A stretch of 64,000 nt of DNA from Azolla caroliniana (GCA_043228905.1 JBHGNT010000006.1:22878001-22942000); one strand, 5' to 3'. Counted from the first letter of the stretch, positions 1 through 13,490 are shown. A program made the numbers and translations. The notes: a model not told the origin generated them from the sequence alone.

Positions 1-1400
1 TCTCTTCATCTCAGGAACCAGTTCTTTGTGAGACTTATCCCATCTCTCTTCCTCTTTGTTGGGCATATCTTCTTTTTCCATCTGGTGCTCCTCTATCTTT
101 TCTTTCTGCATCAAGCATAGGAACGTGTATTATCATCATGTGCCAAGCTTGTGTTGGATTACCTTGGATCTCATCTTTTAGGAGCACAATCTAACTCAGT
201 CTTATTTTTGTTCTCATCTTCAGATGTTGTGCATTTGTCAGGCTTACTTTGGACATTCTCTATTTCAGGTTCGTAGCCAATGATGTCATTTACCTTCTTC
301 AAGTGCTCCTCAGTCTTGATACTCATTTTCTACTTAGAATATTGAGTGATTTTAAGGCCTAGATCCATTGAGAATTGTCACAACTTGTCAAGACCTAGTG
401 TCTTTATAAAAATATCAACCACTTACTCCTTGTTGATGTCTTTCGCCAATATCAACTCACGGATATAATAATTGTGCACTTAGATTTGTAAGTCTCTGTA
501 TGAAACACTAGATTCTTTGTGTGATGGATGCTATTGAGATTGTTGTAGTGGATGATGAGTATTGGCTTGTTTATTGATTTGCTGAAGTCTTTCTGAAGTC
601 TTTTCAGTCGTATGACTTTACATGTAGCTATGGTTGTGCGCCTATACTCTGCCTTCGTGCTTGAAAGATCCACTTTTGGTTATTTCTTGTTGCCCAAGGA
701 GATTGATCCACATTTGAGTGTCAACATAGATATTGTTGTAGATCTCCTATTGAATGAATTGCATGGCCGATCAATACTCATGAACCCATCAAGTCAAAGT
801 AGTATTATATGGTTGTAGAAGATACCGCGATCGAGTGTCATGGGTGGTTTTGCATGAATTGATCAAGTAACTGACCTATTTAAATAGACAAAACTCCCAA
901 TTATATGTCAATCTTGTGTAGGCTCACATAACTTGCCGGAGTATGCATGCACTTAACTTCATGTTTTATCTTGAACTTTTCTGAAAGCATCTCTTTTATC
1001 TTTGTGTCTCGATCAAGCTTTCTCCAATGATCACAAGGTCATCGACATTCAAAATAAATAAGAGTGGGTTTCAAAGATTGTTTTGAATATATGTAGTGAA
1101 AGTCAATGTTGTGAAGATACAATGTGATCTTCCAAAGATTGTTTTGAATATATATAGTGAAAGTCAATGTTGCTCGAGTCTATAGAGTGGTTTTTTCAAT
1201 TGACAAACCGCGTTCAGATGTTTGCTTGATTCGACACTGGGTGGTTGCAGCATGTAAACTTCTTCCTCGAGGTTGCCTTGGAGGAACTCGTTCTTTATGT
1301 GCATTTGGTGCAAGTGCCACCATTTCGCTACTATGAGCGCAATTATAGAGTCCTCATGATAGTCATTTTTGCCACTATGGCAAAAGCTTCCTCATCGCCT
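1..1400 (-). pseudogene. Degenerate Ty1/copia pol remnant (RT, RNase H, followed by a charged 3' region)
   Basis: Minus-strand remnants LSSTKAEY, KNLVFH, DIFIKTLGLDKL, WHLHQ and FLQGNLEEEVYM (350-1400) with many stops and frameshifts; no LTR recognised. Confidence 0.75.
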
Positions 1401-1596
1401 TGATCCAGTGGGGATCTTGGGGAACTTTGGTTTAAGCCCATCTTCTTTATCTACCACAACATTCATCATGAATGGATAATGATGCACCATGTGATCATTG
1501 TACCTAAACGTTACTCATGAGTTCTTTGCTTGGATTGATTGAAGAAAGATTTTCATTGGCCACCTCTTGGGCTATCTTTACTCTTAGTGTCCTCAC

Positions 1597-2347
1597 CATG
1601 GTTGTTTACTTACCCGTATTTAACATTTAAATACGTATAGTACCTCATCATTTGTATAATACGTACTATACCTCAATGTTGTTCAGTCAAATATCATGTA
1701 CATTTGTCCAATACGGTATTTAACGTATTTATCAAAAACAGGTATAATATGTGTTTATAAAGAAAATGTAAGTAAAACCCAAACAAAAAGCAAAAGAAAA
1801 AAAAGATTTTAGTGAAAAAGAAGCCAAAGGAAGGAAGAAAGAAGAATAGAAGAGATGACAATGAAGAAGATGAAGAAGAGAAGAGAAACCTATCATGAGT
1901 GTGATAATTGTAGAGGATTCTTCAATCTATGAAGGCATAATTGTAAATAATTACAATTTGAAGTAGAACATCGTGATACACACTTACACTGATTTATAGA
2001 ATAAGGAAATGTCGACATCCATATTACTACAAGTATTTTAGGATGTGAAATATTCAAATATCTTATATGCATTTTAGGATGTAGAACTATATTGTACATC
2101 ACAAAATTGTGTAAACATAGATGGTTTTTACAATATTATAGATATTTTTTAGAAAGGTAAATATTTTTCAAATTCTAGAAGTATTTAACGTACTATATGT
2201 AAAATACGTATTTTACGTATTTTATAAGTATTTAACATATTAAAAATATGTATTTAACGTATTTTTAAATTGGGAGGTACTATACGGGTATTAATACGTT
2301 AAATACATATGGTATTCGTACCGTACCTAACGTACCTAACAACCTTG
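1597..2347. mobile_element. Non-autonomous hAT-like element (MITE), 751 bp
   Basis: Perfect 8-bp TSD GTCCTCAC (1589-1596 and 2348-2355); TIR CATGGTTGTT / AACAACCTTG (9 of 10 match); inverted subterminal motif CGTATAGTACCTC / GAGGTACTATACG; AT-rich, no ORF. Confidence 0.85.
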
Positions 2348-2399
2348 GTCCTCACTATATGCATACCATACTCATTGTTGCGCCATATTGAGTGATTTG

Positions 2400-3300
2400 A
2401 GTAGTCACCCAAGGCCATGCTCTTGGCCTCATGCTCAGGCATCTTACCCTTTCTTTGTTCTTTATGGATATCTTATTCTCTGATTTCTCGACAATATCCA
2501 AGGTTCGGTTAGTTGGATTGAGCATGAAATCTCTAACCAAAATGGCACTCAACTTATCTTCTTCACTCTCTAGAGCCAAGTTGGATCTATTCACCTCAAG
2601 CACGACAGGGGTCACTGGTACCTGGGTCACGTGTGTACCATAGTGTTGCTTAATCAAATAGCACATCTTGAGTTATTTATTAATTCCATGTGGTGGGGTT
2701 AAAAAACTTATACTCATTTTGCTCAAGTGAGTCATTGAATCATCTTCCCCAACTTTAGATTGAGACTCCTCTTCCCGTATGGTATTTGCACTTTTGCCAT
2801 GTTGTGAAAAACTTTTCCATGTGCAAAAGCTTAGGTTTTCTCCTAAAATACTTAACATGAGGGGTCATGTTGTGGAGACATCAGTCATGCACCAATTGAT
2901 GAAATACAAGGTGATTTATCCCACATCTTTCGTAGTATACAACGTGACCTTGACACACATCTTTCACAGTATACAAAATCTACCTTTAAGCTGTAGCTTT
3001 TCAATTGCATATGGTTCTCATTGACCATCGAGATGGATTGTAAGTAAAAAAAGCTCTTGTGGTTGTCCCTTGTTGCTATATATGGTGATCCAAAAGGCAC
3101 CATACTTTTGTTCGATCCATAAAGCTCAATTCCTAAGCTTCTATCCTCGATGTATACCTTATCTACTCTCTTTTGATTGGCTTGAAGTTTTGTGACCTTT
3201 ATGTGTTAAAACGTTTGGTGAAAAAGAGTTCTTTCTCTCATAATGAGAGGAGTTATTTGTTGAGATTACCAAAAATCAATGATGAAAGAGTATTGAAGGT
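2400..3300 (-). pseudogene. Possible very degenerate retrotransposon gag remnant
   Basis: Fragmentary minus-strand ORFs (2673-2858, 2885-3103) with only faint gag-like character; no diagnostic motif. Confidence 0.25.
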
Positions 3301-3546
3301 TTCATTATGAGAAAATGAAAGGGCAATCAAGCTCAACATGTTTCAAGTAATGAGATCTCTAGTTATGGTCTAATTGTGATTTAATACATTACCTTGCCTC
3401 AATGTGGGCCAAAGGGTGTGTGAAAAAGGCCAACATAGTTTTAGGTAAAGTGGGTGGCAGCAAATGAGCAAGGGGCATGTGAGGCAAATACAAGGTTGTG
3501 AGTATGCAAGACTTCATGGGACATGTTGGGTGACGACACTAGGATC

Positions 3547-3735
3547 ATGGAGGCAAACCCTATTTTTATACAAAGTATGGAGCCCTATCTCTTAGAGCAT
3601 AGACACAAATCCCATTTGTATACAAAGTATGGAGTCATATCTCATGGAGCATAGACAAAAACCCCATTGGTATCTCTAGGACCATGGACACAAACCCCAT
3701 TTGTATAAAGAATATGAAGCCATATCTCTTGGAGA
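3547..3735. repeat. Degenerate tandem repeat, about 52-bp unit, 3-4 copies
   Basis: Recurring CATRGACACAAACCCCATTTGTATACAAAGTATGGAGCCATATCTCTTGGAG-like unit. Confidence 0.6.
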
Positions 3736-3822
3736 GCTCGTGGAGCCACTGGAGTGGAAGTTGTCTACACAAATGAACTTGGTGTAGATGTCCTAGGAAA
3801 GGCACAAATGCTCATATTGACC

Positions 3823-3825
<3 letters not shown>

Positions 3826-3858
<33 letters not shown>
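3826..3858. repeat. (TC)n microsatellite
   Basis: Pure dinucleotide run. Confidence 0.95.
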
Positions 3859-3862
<4 letters not shown>

Positions 3863-3889
3863 GAAAACAGACAATTATATTAATAAATG

Positions 3890-5569
3890 TGTGTAAAAAA
3901 CACTACTTACAATGGGTGTGACAATGGATTATGGTTACCCATTAACTACACTACACGGGTAGTGGAACATGTTGAATTGCCAATAGGCAAGACGAACACT
4001 ACATTGAGGAAAGAATTTCCACTTGCTCCAATAAAGAAAATTGCCACATTAGTACTCCCTTCAACTTTCGTAGATATGCTTTCACTCCATGTCTACCATC
4101 AAATACAAAAGCGTTGCGCATGTTCCAATTATGTCGCAATCCCCAATATCTCAGAAATAGAAAAACGATCTCCATCTCTGATATTTTGGGTCAACTTGTG
4201 TAAATTGTGCAAACATCCACTGTCTAGGAGTCAAATAACACTGTGATAAAACTTGCCAAATTTGAGAAATGTAATTCCAAATCTGACAAGCAATCTAACA
4301 TTGTATAAATCAATGAGTACTATATCTTCCATTTGAACAATGCAAAAAAAGAAATTACCCATTGATAGTCGATGACACTTTAGAGCTAATCCCAAAGGAA
4401 ATCCTCCAACCAAAACTCTCCAAATGAAGACCTTTGCTATAAGTGGCAATTTAGAATGCCAACTACGTTGTAAGATTTGCCACCACCCATGATCAGATTT
4501 GTGTATTTTCCATTCTTCTTCAGCCTTAGATGATAACCATCCAAGAGACTTAGCATAGCAACCATACAAAAGATTAGTAGCCACTTGTAACAGTAAACAC
4601 CAATCAATCCATGGTTGTTCTCCTGTTTGTAGAGGTAAGGGACCTTGCATCAATGCAATATTTTGTAGTTGTTGCCAAATAAACCTAGAATTAGGCGGGA
4701 TGCATAATAATTGTTGCGCTTCAACAAACTCCAAAATTCTTTGAGATGGATCCTCAACTATATCTCCCACCTCTTTGACCCCCAAACGAAACAAACAATT
4801 AAATTGAGAGCACAATCTCTCCTTTCCTGGACAACATAATAATCGAGAAGATAAAAGTAACTCTTTTTGCAAAGAATTACAATGCTCTCTACTAGATGAT
4901 GGTTTCCATACACATAACAAGAGTGCTTCTTGCCATGAGGTAACCGAGTGTTCAACACATGAAAAGCCCGGAATATTAAGTGAAATACATCCATTTTGTA
5001 ATTGCCACCATGAAGCCTTAATCGTTGTCCTCCCATGTGTTAAACCCTTGTTCTCAATGAAATATTGAACAATAGATATCCATGGTTGTGAGTTTGAGCA
5101 CATGTCTTGTAATAATGAAAATCTACGAACCATCATATGCATAGATAAGTTCAATATTCCAGCTCTCCCCAAGCGCTTAGGTGTTGCTAGATGATTCCAC
5201 GTAACCCAAGTGATTCCCATCTTATCCCTCTTCTTCCACAACAAATATTGAAGAGGTTGCAAAACAGAATGCAAAGCCTTCTTTGTCCATGGCAACAACG
5301 ACAAGTAATATAATATGATGGGTTCCATAGTACATTGTACAACCTTCAAGCATACATGAAATGACCAATATTGTCACTTCCAATAAATGAATGTATCCCT
5401 TAACTTACTAGACATCCATTCAATCAATTGACCATTTGTAACATTCATTCCTAACAGATAGCACAAGTGTCGAAAAATAGAGCCTTTCTTCACCATGGAT
5501 CCTTGCCATCCTAAACATTCCAAATTCCTTTCAATACATGATATGAGACTAAACTTCCTCCAATTAATA
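3890..5569 (-). pseudogene. L1-type LINE ORF2, C-terminal part (post-RT region and zf-RVT), disrupted
   Basis: ORF 4231-5349: WVTWNHLATPKRLGRAGILNL and KVFIWRVLVGGFPL...FFCIVQMED (zf-RVT-like); 5374-5570: HINWRK...YLLG. Frame continues at 9313 beyond a copia insertion. Confidence 0.85.
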
Positions 5570-8500
5570 TGTGGAAGAATATGTGCGGAAGCTTTGACAA
5601 AAACAGTTACATCGGATAGCAACAGAGAGTAAACACAAGTTTAATGCAAGCTTAGAATACACAGTTCACGGGAGAGATAGAGAGAGAGCAGAAAGCATAA
5701 ACTCGATTCAAAATAATAACAGTCTGTAACATTCTGTACATACAATGTGCTCAGTGAGCACTTTTATACAAGTCCATGAAAGGACTGACAGAAGTACTGA
5801 TAGGTACTTCAATGCTCATACGAGTGACTGGTACTGACTCCAAGGAATCTTCCTATGTACTAGGCTAGATTCGTAGGTATTGCGCACCTAGTGCACTGGA
5901 AAATTACCGCAACTAGTCTACGCCTAGGGGTTTGGTGAAGATATCGTCCACCTGCCGATCCATCGGAACATACACCAATTCCACTTCACCGAAGAGAACG
6001 CGCTCTCGGACAAAATGATAGTGCACCTCGATGTTCTTAGTCCGGGTGTGAAAGACGAGGTTCTTAGCCAACTCGATGTTGCTGAGGTTATCAAAATAGA
6101 TCACCATTGGATCAAATACCTCCACCTACAGATCCTTTAGGAGCCTCTTGAGCCATATGGCTTCGCCTGTCGCAACAACCGCTCCTCAGTACTCGGCCTC
6201 AGTGCTCGACAATGCAATTGTCGGCTGCTTCTTACTGCTCCAAGCGACCGCGGCACTTCCAAATGAAAATGCATAACTGGATGTAGACCTACGGTTGCCG
6301 ACATTTCCAGCCCAATCAACATCTGTGTAGCCAACAAGTTGTCCAACTACACCGGTCTGATACAGCGACCCCCTGTCCTTAGTGCTGCTAACATATCACA
6401 GGATTCGGTGCGCACACTTAAGGTGCTCCATGGTCGGATGCACCATAAATTGACTGATCAAACCGACCGGATAATTGAGGTCCGGCCGGGTGATGGTCAG
6501 ATAGATAAGGCTTCCGACTATCTGTTAGAACCTTTTTGGGTTGCATTCCGTCATACCGAATTTGAAGAGCATACTCAGGAGTCAACACATAATGCCGCTA
6601 ATTGATAAGTATGCCCTCTAGGGTGCGGATCACTTCGATCCCGAGGAAGTAATGAAGGTCCCAAAGATCCTTCATGTCGAACGATGCCGCAAGTTGGGAC
6701 TTGATGCGACTAATTTCGTCTAGGTCGGCGCCGTCGATGACTAAATCATCAACATAAAGTAAAATAATAATCGGCCTGTTTTGACCTTGCCGGATGAAGA
6801 GAGAAGAGTTTGATTTTGAAGGAGAAAACCCCATCTGACGCAGTCTCTATGTGATCTTCGCATTCCAGGCGCGCAGGGCTTGCTTGAGTCCATAGTGGGA
6901 CTTCTTCAATCGGCACATTGCTGATGTATTCATATCGGACTGAAATTTGGGGGGCTAAACATTATAAACTTGTTTCGCAAGATCACCTTGGAGGAACATG
7001 TTTTTCACATCCATCTGATGTAGATGCCACCCCTTTGCCACTGCCACCGCAAGCAGGACACAGATGGTCACCTGAGTAGCCGACAAGGATGCACTTCTCC
7101 GACTTTGGATCCAACTTTCTCCGCTTGTCATCCGGCACATGCACATATGCAATGCTACTGAATATCTTAAGGTGTCTTAAATTCGGCTTCAGCCTGAAAT
7201 AAAGCTCGTGTGTTGACACCTTATCCCCGATTCGGTTTTGGATGTAGACAACTGTCCGAACCGCTTCAACCTTGTAGAACTTGGGCATGCTCTTCTCTTC
7301 CAGCATTGTCTGTGCCGCCTCCACAATTGACTGGTTCTTCCTTTCGGCCACACCGTTTTGTTCCAATATGTATTGGTAGTTGTATTCCCTCCGAATTCCT
7401 TTTTGTTGTAGATAACTGTTAAATTGGCTGGAAAAGTATTCTTTTCCGCCATTCGACCGCAGCCACTTGATCTTCCTCTCTGTAAGTTCCAGAAACAGTA
7501 AAAAACTTCGCATTTCTTCTCAATGAGGTAGATCCACGTGTGTCGGCTGTAGTCGTCGATGAAGGAGATGAAATATCGGCTCCCCCCAAGACTAACATTC
7601 TATGTCGGTCCCCATACATCCGAATATATTAGGTCGAGCTTGTTACGGTTCCGGTTTCTTTCGGTGGGGAATGGAAGCTGGTGTTGCTCCCGAGCTGTCA
7701 GGCTTCACAAATTTGGGCCTTCTGGCCACTAAATTTTGGCAATCCGAAAACAATTTATTTCAATTGCAGGTCTTGAAGCCTCTGGTAGGTGATGTGGCCG
7801 ATTCGCTTTTGCCACAAGTTGATATCCGACTCGACTTTCTGTGCTTTTGCAAACATAGTGGAGCCGACGTCATTGGTGTTGAGGATGAACATCCTCCCGA
7901 TTTGGCGCCCTTGCGAAATGATCTGGCCCTCTTCCTCAATAAAGCACTCGAGGTGCGTAAACCACACCTACATTCCTTGGTCTACGATCTAGCCGACTGA
8001 CACCAACTTCTTTGTGATTGTCTGGATGCGAGTCACGTTCATAAGCTTCCCTTTTTGTCCGACATGACTCCCCCTGCTTGTGGAGGGTCCGGAACTGTTG
8101 TCGGCACCATCATTGTGCCTCCGATTCTGCTCTTGTAGGCCGCTTCCATCGCATGCCGATCCGCCTCCGTGTACAACATCTTGTTGTTAGTGTGCATGCT
8201 TGTTGACGCACCTGTGTGGTTCTCCTCTACAAGGATCATCGACTGTAAATATAAAAACAAGGGGTTATTCTCCCTTGTACAAACTGTTGTTTGGAATGCT
8301 CTGAACTTTGATGCCAGCCCCCCGAGACAAACCTGAACCATCTCATCTTCCTCGACGGTCACATTGATACAGGCAAGTGAGTCGCAGATGTCTTTGATCC
8401 GGGCCGTATAGTCGGCCACTGACATATCCTTCTATCGGACATTGCTCAACTCTTGTCGGAATTGCAGCTTCCGGGCCGTGGTGCTTGCGGCGAAGACCTT

Positions 8501-9312
8501 CTTCAGGTTTCCCCAAGCTTCCTTCAGTGTTTTGGCGTCCCGGATATGGCTCAACATCTGATTGCCGACACTGGATGCAAAGAAGTACATAACTCTGCTT
8601 GCCGCTTGTTCCCAAGTTGGGAAGTCCCTGTGGGCCGCATCAAGTGCCATATCGTTAGCTCCATCGACATAACTTAAGTAACCGTACCCGAGCAGGTACT
8701 GGTGCATCTTGTACAACCAAGATGCGTAGTTGGATCTGTCGAGCTTCTCCGTCGGGAGCGAGCTAGCCATTCCTTTGTCCAATCTAACCTTGTTTCTTGT
8801 TCTCTATCGGGTGTTAGGGTTTGCCTTCGGAAATGGTTCCTCGGCAATAAAGGTTCTCAACCCTCGCGCTCTGATACCATGTAAAAGAATACGTGTGAAA
8901 GCTTTGACAAAACCAATTACACCAGATAGCAACATAGAGTAAACACAGGTTTAATGGAAGCTTAGAATACACAGTTCACGGGAGAGACAAAGAGAGAGCA
9001 AAAAGCATAAACTCGATTCAAAATAATAACACTCTGTACATACAATGTGCTCAGTGAGCACTTTTATACAATTCCATGAAAGGACTAACAGAAGTACTGA
9101 CAGGTACTTCAATGCTCATACGAGTGACTCCAAGGAATTTGCCTATGTACTAGGCAAGATTCATAGGCCTCTAACGGCCTACTGGTTACAATCCGATCCG
9201 GCTCCTGGTTCCGGATACCATTCAGACACCAATCCGGTTCTCCGTTCTATATACCAATCCGACTCTAGCTTATTCAACCGATCCGGATCTAGTTGAGCTT
9301 GTCTGCTTAACA
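5570..9312 (-). mobile_element. Ty1/copia element Copia-1, internally deleted, inserted in LINE ORF2
   Basis: 5' LTR 8880-9312, PBS-Met TGGTATCAGAGC at 8868-8879, truncated 3' LTR 5570-5877; TSD ATATG (9313-9317; left copy 5567-5571 overlaps the terminal TG). Removing the element restores LINE ASGLHINW. Confidence 0.9.
5878..8782 (-). pseudogene. Copia-1 gag-pol pseudogene (gag, INT, RT, RNase H; protease deleted)
   Basis: MASSLPTEKLDRSNYASW (gag), SNGGKEY and EQNGVAERKN (INT), LLYVDDL (RT), RTKNIEVHYHFVRE (RNase H). Confidence 0.9.
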
Positions 9313-9680
9313 ATATGTAATCCGGAAGCCAATGCAAATTGGTTCCATACAAGCATCTGCTTGTCAAGATTCTCTCGTGAGGCTTGTAGAAACATGAAAG
9401 AATCATTAGCCAAAGCTTGTGCTACTAGTTTCCCTCCAGACGGAAGGCGTAGAACCACAATGTCACCATTTGTTGCAAGCATTGGTAGCATCACTAACAA
9501 GGGATGAGTAACAATAGCAAACAACAATGGGCTAAGAGGGCATCCTTGACGAGCAGATCTTGTGAGGGCAATATCTGATGTAAATCCCCCATTAAGCATT
9601 ACTCGAGACACCACATATTGTCCTAATAAACATATCAAGCGAGACATACGAGGTCCAAAGGCCATTGTATGCATTCAACC
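9313..9680 (-). pseudogene. L1-type LINE ORF2, reverse transcriptase fragment
   Basis: RSARQGCPLSPLLFAI and degenerate ALANDS (from YADD-type motif) in ORF 9270-9674. Confidence 0.9.
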
Positions 9681-10157
9681 TGAAAACGATAATGTGCGGA
9701 AGCTAAGACAAAACTGGCTTGTTCGGATAGCAAAAGAATACAGACACAGGTTTAATGGAAAGCTTGAATAGACGAGAGAGACAGAGAAAGTAGAAAAGTG
9801 AAATTGATTTCAAAATAACAACACTCTACACTTTTATACAAGTCCTTACACAGACTGACAGAAGTACGAACATGCACTTCAATGCTCATACGAGCGACTG
9901 ACACTGACTCCAAAAAATACGCCTACGTACTAGGCTAGATTCGTAGGCCTCTAACGGCCTATCAGTTACAATATGATCTGGATCTTGGTTCTGAATACTT
10001 ATCCGGTTCCTCATTCCGGATACCAATCCGGCATTGGCTTATTTAGCTGGTTCAGATCTGGTTGAGCTTGTCCACTCAACACTCCCCATAAAGCTCAACT
10101 TGATGTCGGATCGCAATGTTAGTGTCAGTGGTAGCCAGTTCTTCTCTCCAGCTTGTC

Positions 10158-10835
10158 CTAGCATTGTCCCGCCTTGCTCGCGCTCCTTGATCCGTCCGGT
10201 TCCACTTTCCACGACCTGTCCGGTCCAACACACCTCGACCTTCTCGGTCGGCTTGTCTGTTCACAGGGCCCATCTCCGCTCCTTTGATGTTGTGACTTCG
10301 GCGCTTCTGGACCCGTTCGTTCCTCCGTGTCGGTGTCGTCTTCTGCGACCCTTTCGTCCACTTGGCCCATCGTAGATTTTGGCTCCTCCGAATCAAAGAT
10401 TTCAAATGAATTGAGTGAATCCGATTCACTTTTTCTCTCGACCGAATCGACCGTCTCTGATTTGTCTTCGATTCCCAAACCTTTCACAACATCGGCCCAC
10501 GCCCGTGTCTTGGTCTTTTTGGCTTTGCCCCTCCCTTTTTCAGTTGTCTTTGGCTTAAGATTTCCATTCCTATGGCTCCCCCTACGTCTGGTCTCGGCTT
10601 CTTCAACCGTCATGTGCACTCCGACTTTTTCAGTCGGGCCGAAGTCGAAATTGGTTTCCGAATCATCTTTTCGGTTGTCTTTCTCATTCCTCCTTTTAGT
10701 TCTCCCCCTTAAGTTCGGCATATTGAGGTATTTCACACCTAGTGCACTGGAAAATTGCCGCAACTTGTCTAAGCCGAGGGGTTTGGTGAAGATATGAGTC
10801 ACCTGCTGATTAGTCGGAACATGTAGCAATTCCAT
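10158..10835 (-). CDS. Copia-2 RNase H C-terminus running in frame into a ~180-aa K/E/R-rich extension
   Basis: DIFTKPLGLDK-type end of pol and LRGR are followed by an open charged tail containing KTRAWADVVKGL. Confidence 0.55.
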   Translation of the reverse strand: MELLHVPTNQQVTHIFTKPLGLDKLRQFSSALGVKYLNMPNLRGRTKRRNEKDNRKDDSETNFDFGPTEKVGVHMTVEEAETRRRGSHRNGNLKPKTTEKGRGKAKKTKTRAWADVVKGLGIEDKSETVDSVERKSESDSLNSFEIFDSEEPKSTMGQVDERVAEDDTDTEERTGPEAPKSQHQRSGDGPCEQTSRPRRSRCVGPDRSWKVEPDGSRSASKAGQC

Positions 10836-11877
10836 TGCACTAGAGAAAATGAGTTGTCAGACAAAATGATAGTGCACCTCGATGTGCTTAGTCTGGGCGT
10901 GATAGACGGGAGGGGTTCTTTGCCAACTGGATGTTAGTGAGGTTGTCACAATAGATCGTTGTCAGATCAGACACCTCCAACTACAGATCCTTTAGGAGCC
11001 TCTTGAACCATATGGGTTCACATGTCGCAACAGCCACTCCTCGGTACTCGGCCTCCGTGCTCGACAATGCTAATGTTAGTTGCTTTTTACTACTCCCGGC
11101 AAGCACGACATTTCCAAGTGAAAAAACAAATCTAGATGCAGACCTACGGTCGCCGACATTTACGACGCAATCGGCATCAGTGTAGCCGATCAACAAGTTG
11201 TCCGACTACAACAGTTCGAGTTAGCAACCCCCGGTCCTTAGTGCCACTAACATACCTCAGTATTCGGTGCACACACTGAAGGTGCTCCACGGTTCGATGC
11301 ACCATGAATTGACTAATCAATCCGAGCAGATAGTTGAGGTCGGGCCGGGTGATGGTCAAATATATAAGCCTTCTGACTATCTGTCGGAATCTTTTCGGGT
11401 CGTATGTGTTGTCCGCCGGAATAGTAACTGAAGGACAGAAGCGAAGAAGTATTATAATATAGTAGAAGCGTAAGAAACGTATGTAACGGTTCACGCAGGA
11501 AGCGTGAACGGCTTAAAGACCCTATGTATATAAAGGGCAGAAATCCTCTCTAAGAGGTAGCGTGTAATTTTGGTGCATAGAGCGTTATTTTAATAGAGTA
11601 CTATCTTCGCTGATTTCTGTGCATATCTATGGTTGATCTACTGTGTTCTTTGATTCTCGGTGGCGTATTGTACTCGTAAGGGCATAGGTGTAAGTGCGGT
11701 TACTAGTGCACTGTCTAAGGAGTTCGGTTGTAGCCGCCTCCCTTATACGCTACTAGGATACGGGGAAGTATCCCATTATGTATTACGGTACGACGGTACC
11801 ATTCTTTGCAACGCAATCACCTTGAGGTCTAGGTCGAAGGACTAGCCGTAGAACATGTTCCTAATCGGTAACAAATT

Positions 11878-11891
11878 TGGCACGCTTGGTG
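11878..11891 (+). promoter_or_regulatory. Primer-binding site, tRNA-Arg(UCU)-like
   Basis: TGGCACGCTTGGTG versus expected TGGCACGCCCGGTG (remembered plant tRNA-Arg 3' end), 4 nt after the LTR CA. Confidence 0.75.
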
Positions 11892-11926
11892 ATCTGTGTC
11901 TGCTCACAAACGAACAACGACGAATG

Positions 11927-13490
11927 GATGTTTAGCCGCCGACGTCCTAGAGAACCAACACAACAAGACCAACCAGTCATAAGGTCCATCACACGCCAAA
12001 TAGAGGAACGCGCAAGGCAAAAACCTTGCCTCAGTGACCTCCATGATATCTGTCGGGACCACAAAGTCGATTTCCCACTCACCAAATACCCCGGCGACAA
12101 GCAGGAAGTTCGCTCACCATATAAGCTTTGTGGTTTTTCCCTGCCCGTCGTAGCAGCCAACATGGCCTTCCCTTATCCCCACTTCAACGGTGAAACAGAC
12201 GTCGCAACCCACATTCGCATGTTCCTGAATGTCTGGAATGCAAATCACATGGCGTAGAGACTTCCAGAAGAGGTAGCACACTACTCCAAAATGATAGAGT
12301 TTGGATTAACTATGGATGGGAGAGCAGCGTTTTGGCATTCGCAGATGGATCTGCCAGCAATCACGACCTTCGACCAGCTGCAGTCGACCTTTTTGTGTTT
12401 CTTTCATCGGAGGGTGCCGCAACGCGAAATCCTCGGGCAATTCTATACAATCAAATAGTTGCCGGCTGAGACTATAGCGGATTTCAGTTTACGCTTCCAA
12501 AATCTGCGGCGGAAATTAGAATGGGGCCCGATAGAGGACGAGGTTTGGGAGACATTTCTGGCAGCTTTACGACGATCGATACGGACGACGCTGAACAACA
12601 ATAGTGTGAAAGGAGAAACAACTGATATGGTCATAGAACGAGCGCTACAACTCGAGCTGGACGAAGAAGAGGAAAGGTTTTCCATGTCCTCATTACGACA
12701 AGCGTTACCTCAGGACGAGGAACGACATTTTTGCTAGGCAATCCAGTGCACGATTTGCCTCAATTCTGGGCATTCCGTAGTGGAATGCAACATGTGAATC
12801 CATTGCCCAATCTGTCACTCGAAAGCACACACGGTTGAGCAGTGTGAGTACAATATGTTGAACAGACCCACGCCCATAGTACGAAGAGTGGAAACACAAC
12901 GCCCACCTCGCCGTAATGAGCAAAGGCGCCAAGAAGAACGATACCAGTATACGGATCAGAATCCACGCGATGACCGACACTACTGGAATCGCCGGAATAA
13001 CAACGATTCCAAGGAAGAAGAGCTAGAGGACGGAGAATACCGGGGTAACCACAGATATAATAAAGGAGGTAGACGCTATGAGAATTACTGTCCCACGAAC
13101 AAACATGGTGGCTTCAATGGGCCTCGTGGGAAACATCGTCAGTATCGGAACCAACAGTGGTATGACGAAAGTTTGGACGATGACCGACACAAGGAGCCGC
13201 GCTGGGACCAACAACAACCACCGAGAACGCTCAGAAGAATGAACCAAGACCGGGAGGAGCAAGTCACACCTGGGGATAGGAACACGCCAGTAGCTGCTGA
13301 GAAAGGGAAATCCAGCGTCCATTGTTTCGTTTGCCAATAGCCCGGACATTACGCCACACAATGTCCACTACGCAAGGGCAAGGGGCCCACCGTCAATATG
13401 ATTATGGCGGAAGCTCAACAAGTTATGACAAGACAACAAACAAAAAATGTTGATTGGGCCGTGCAAGATGAGATACGTCAGACGGCCCAA
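11927..13490 (+). pseudogene. Tat-1 gag with three CCHC zinc knuckles
   Basis: YPHFNGETDVATHIRMF and ETIADFSLRF (retrotransposon gag); CTICLNSGHSVVEC, CPICHSKAHTVEQC and CFVCQ*PGHYATQC; in-frame stops. Confidence 0.8.
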
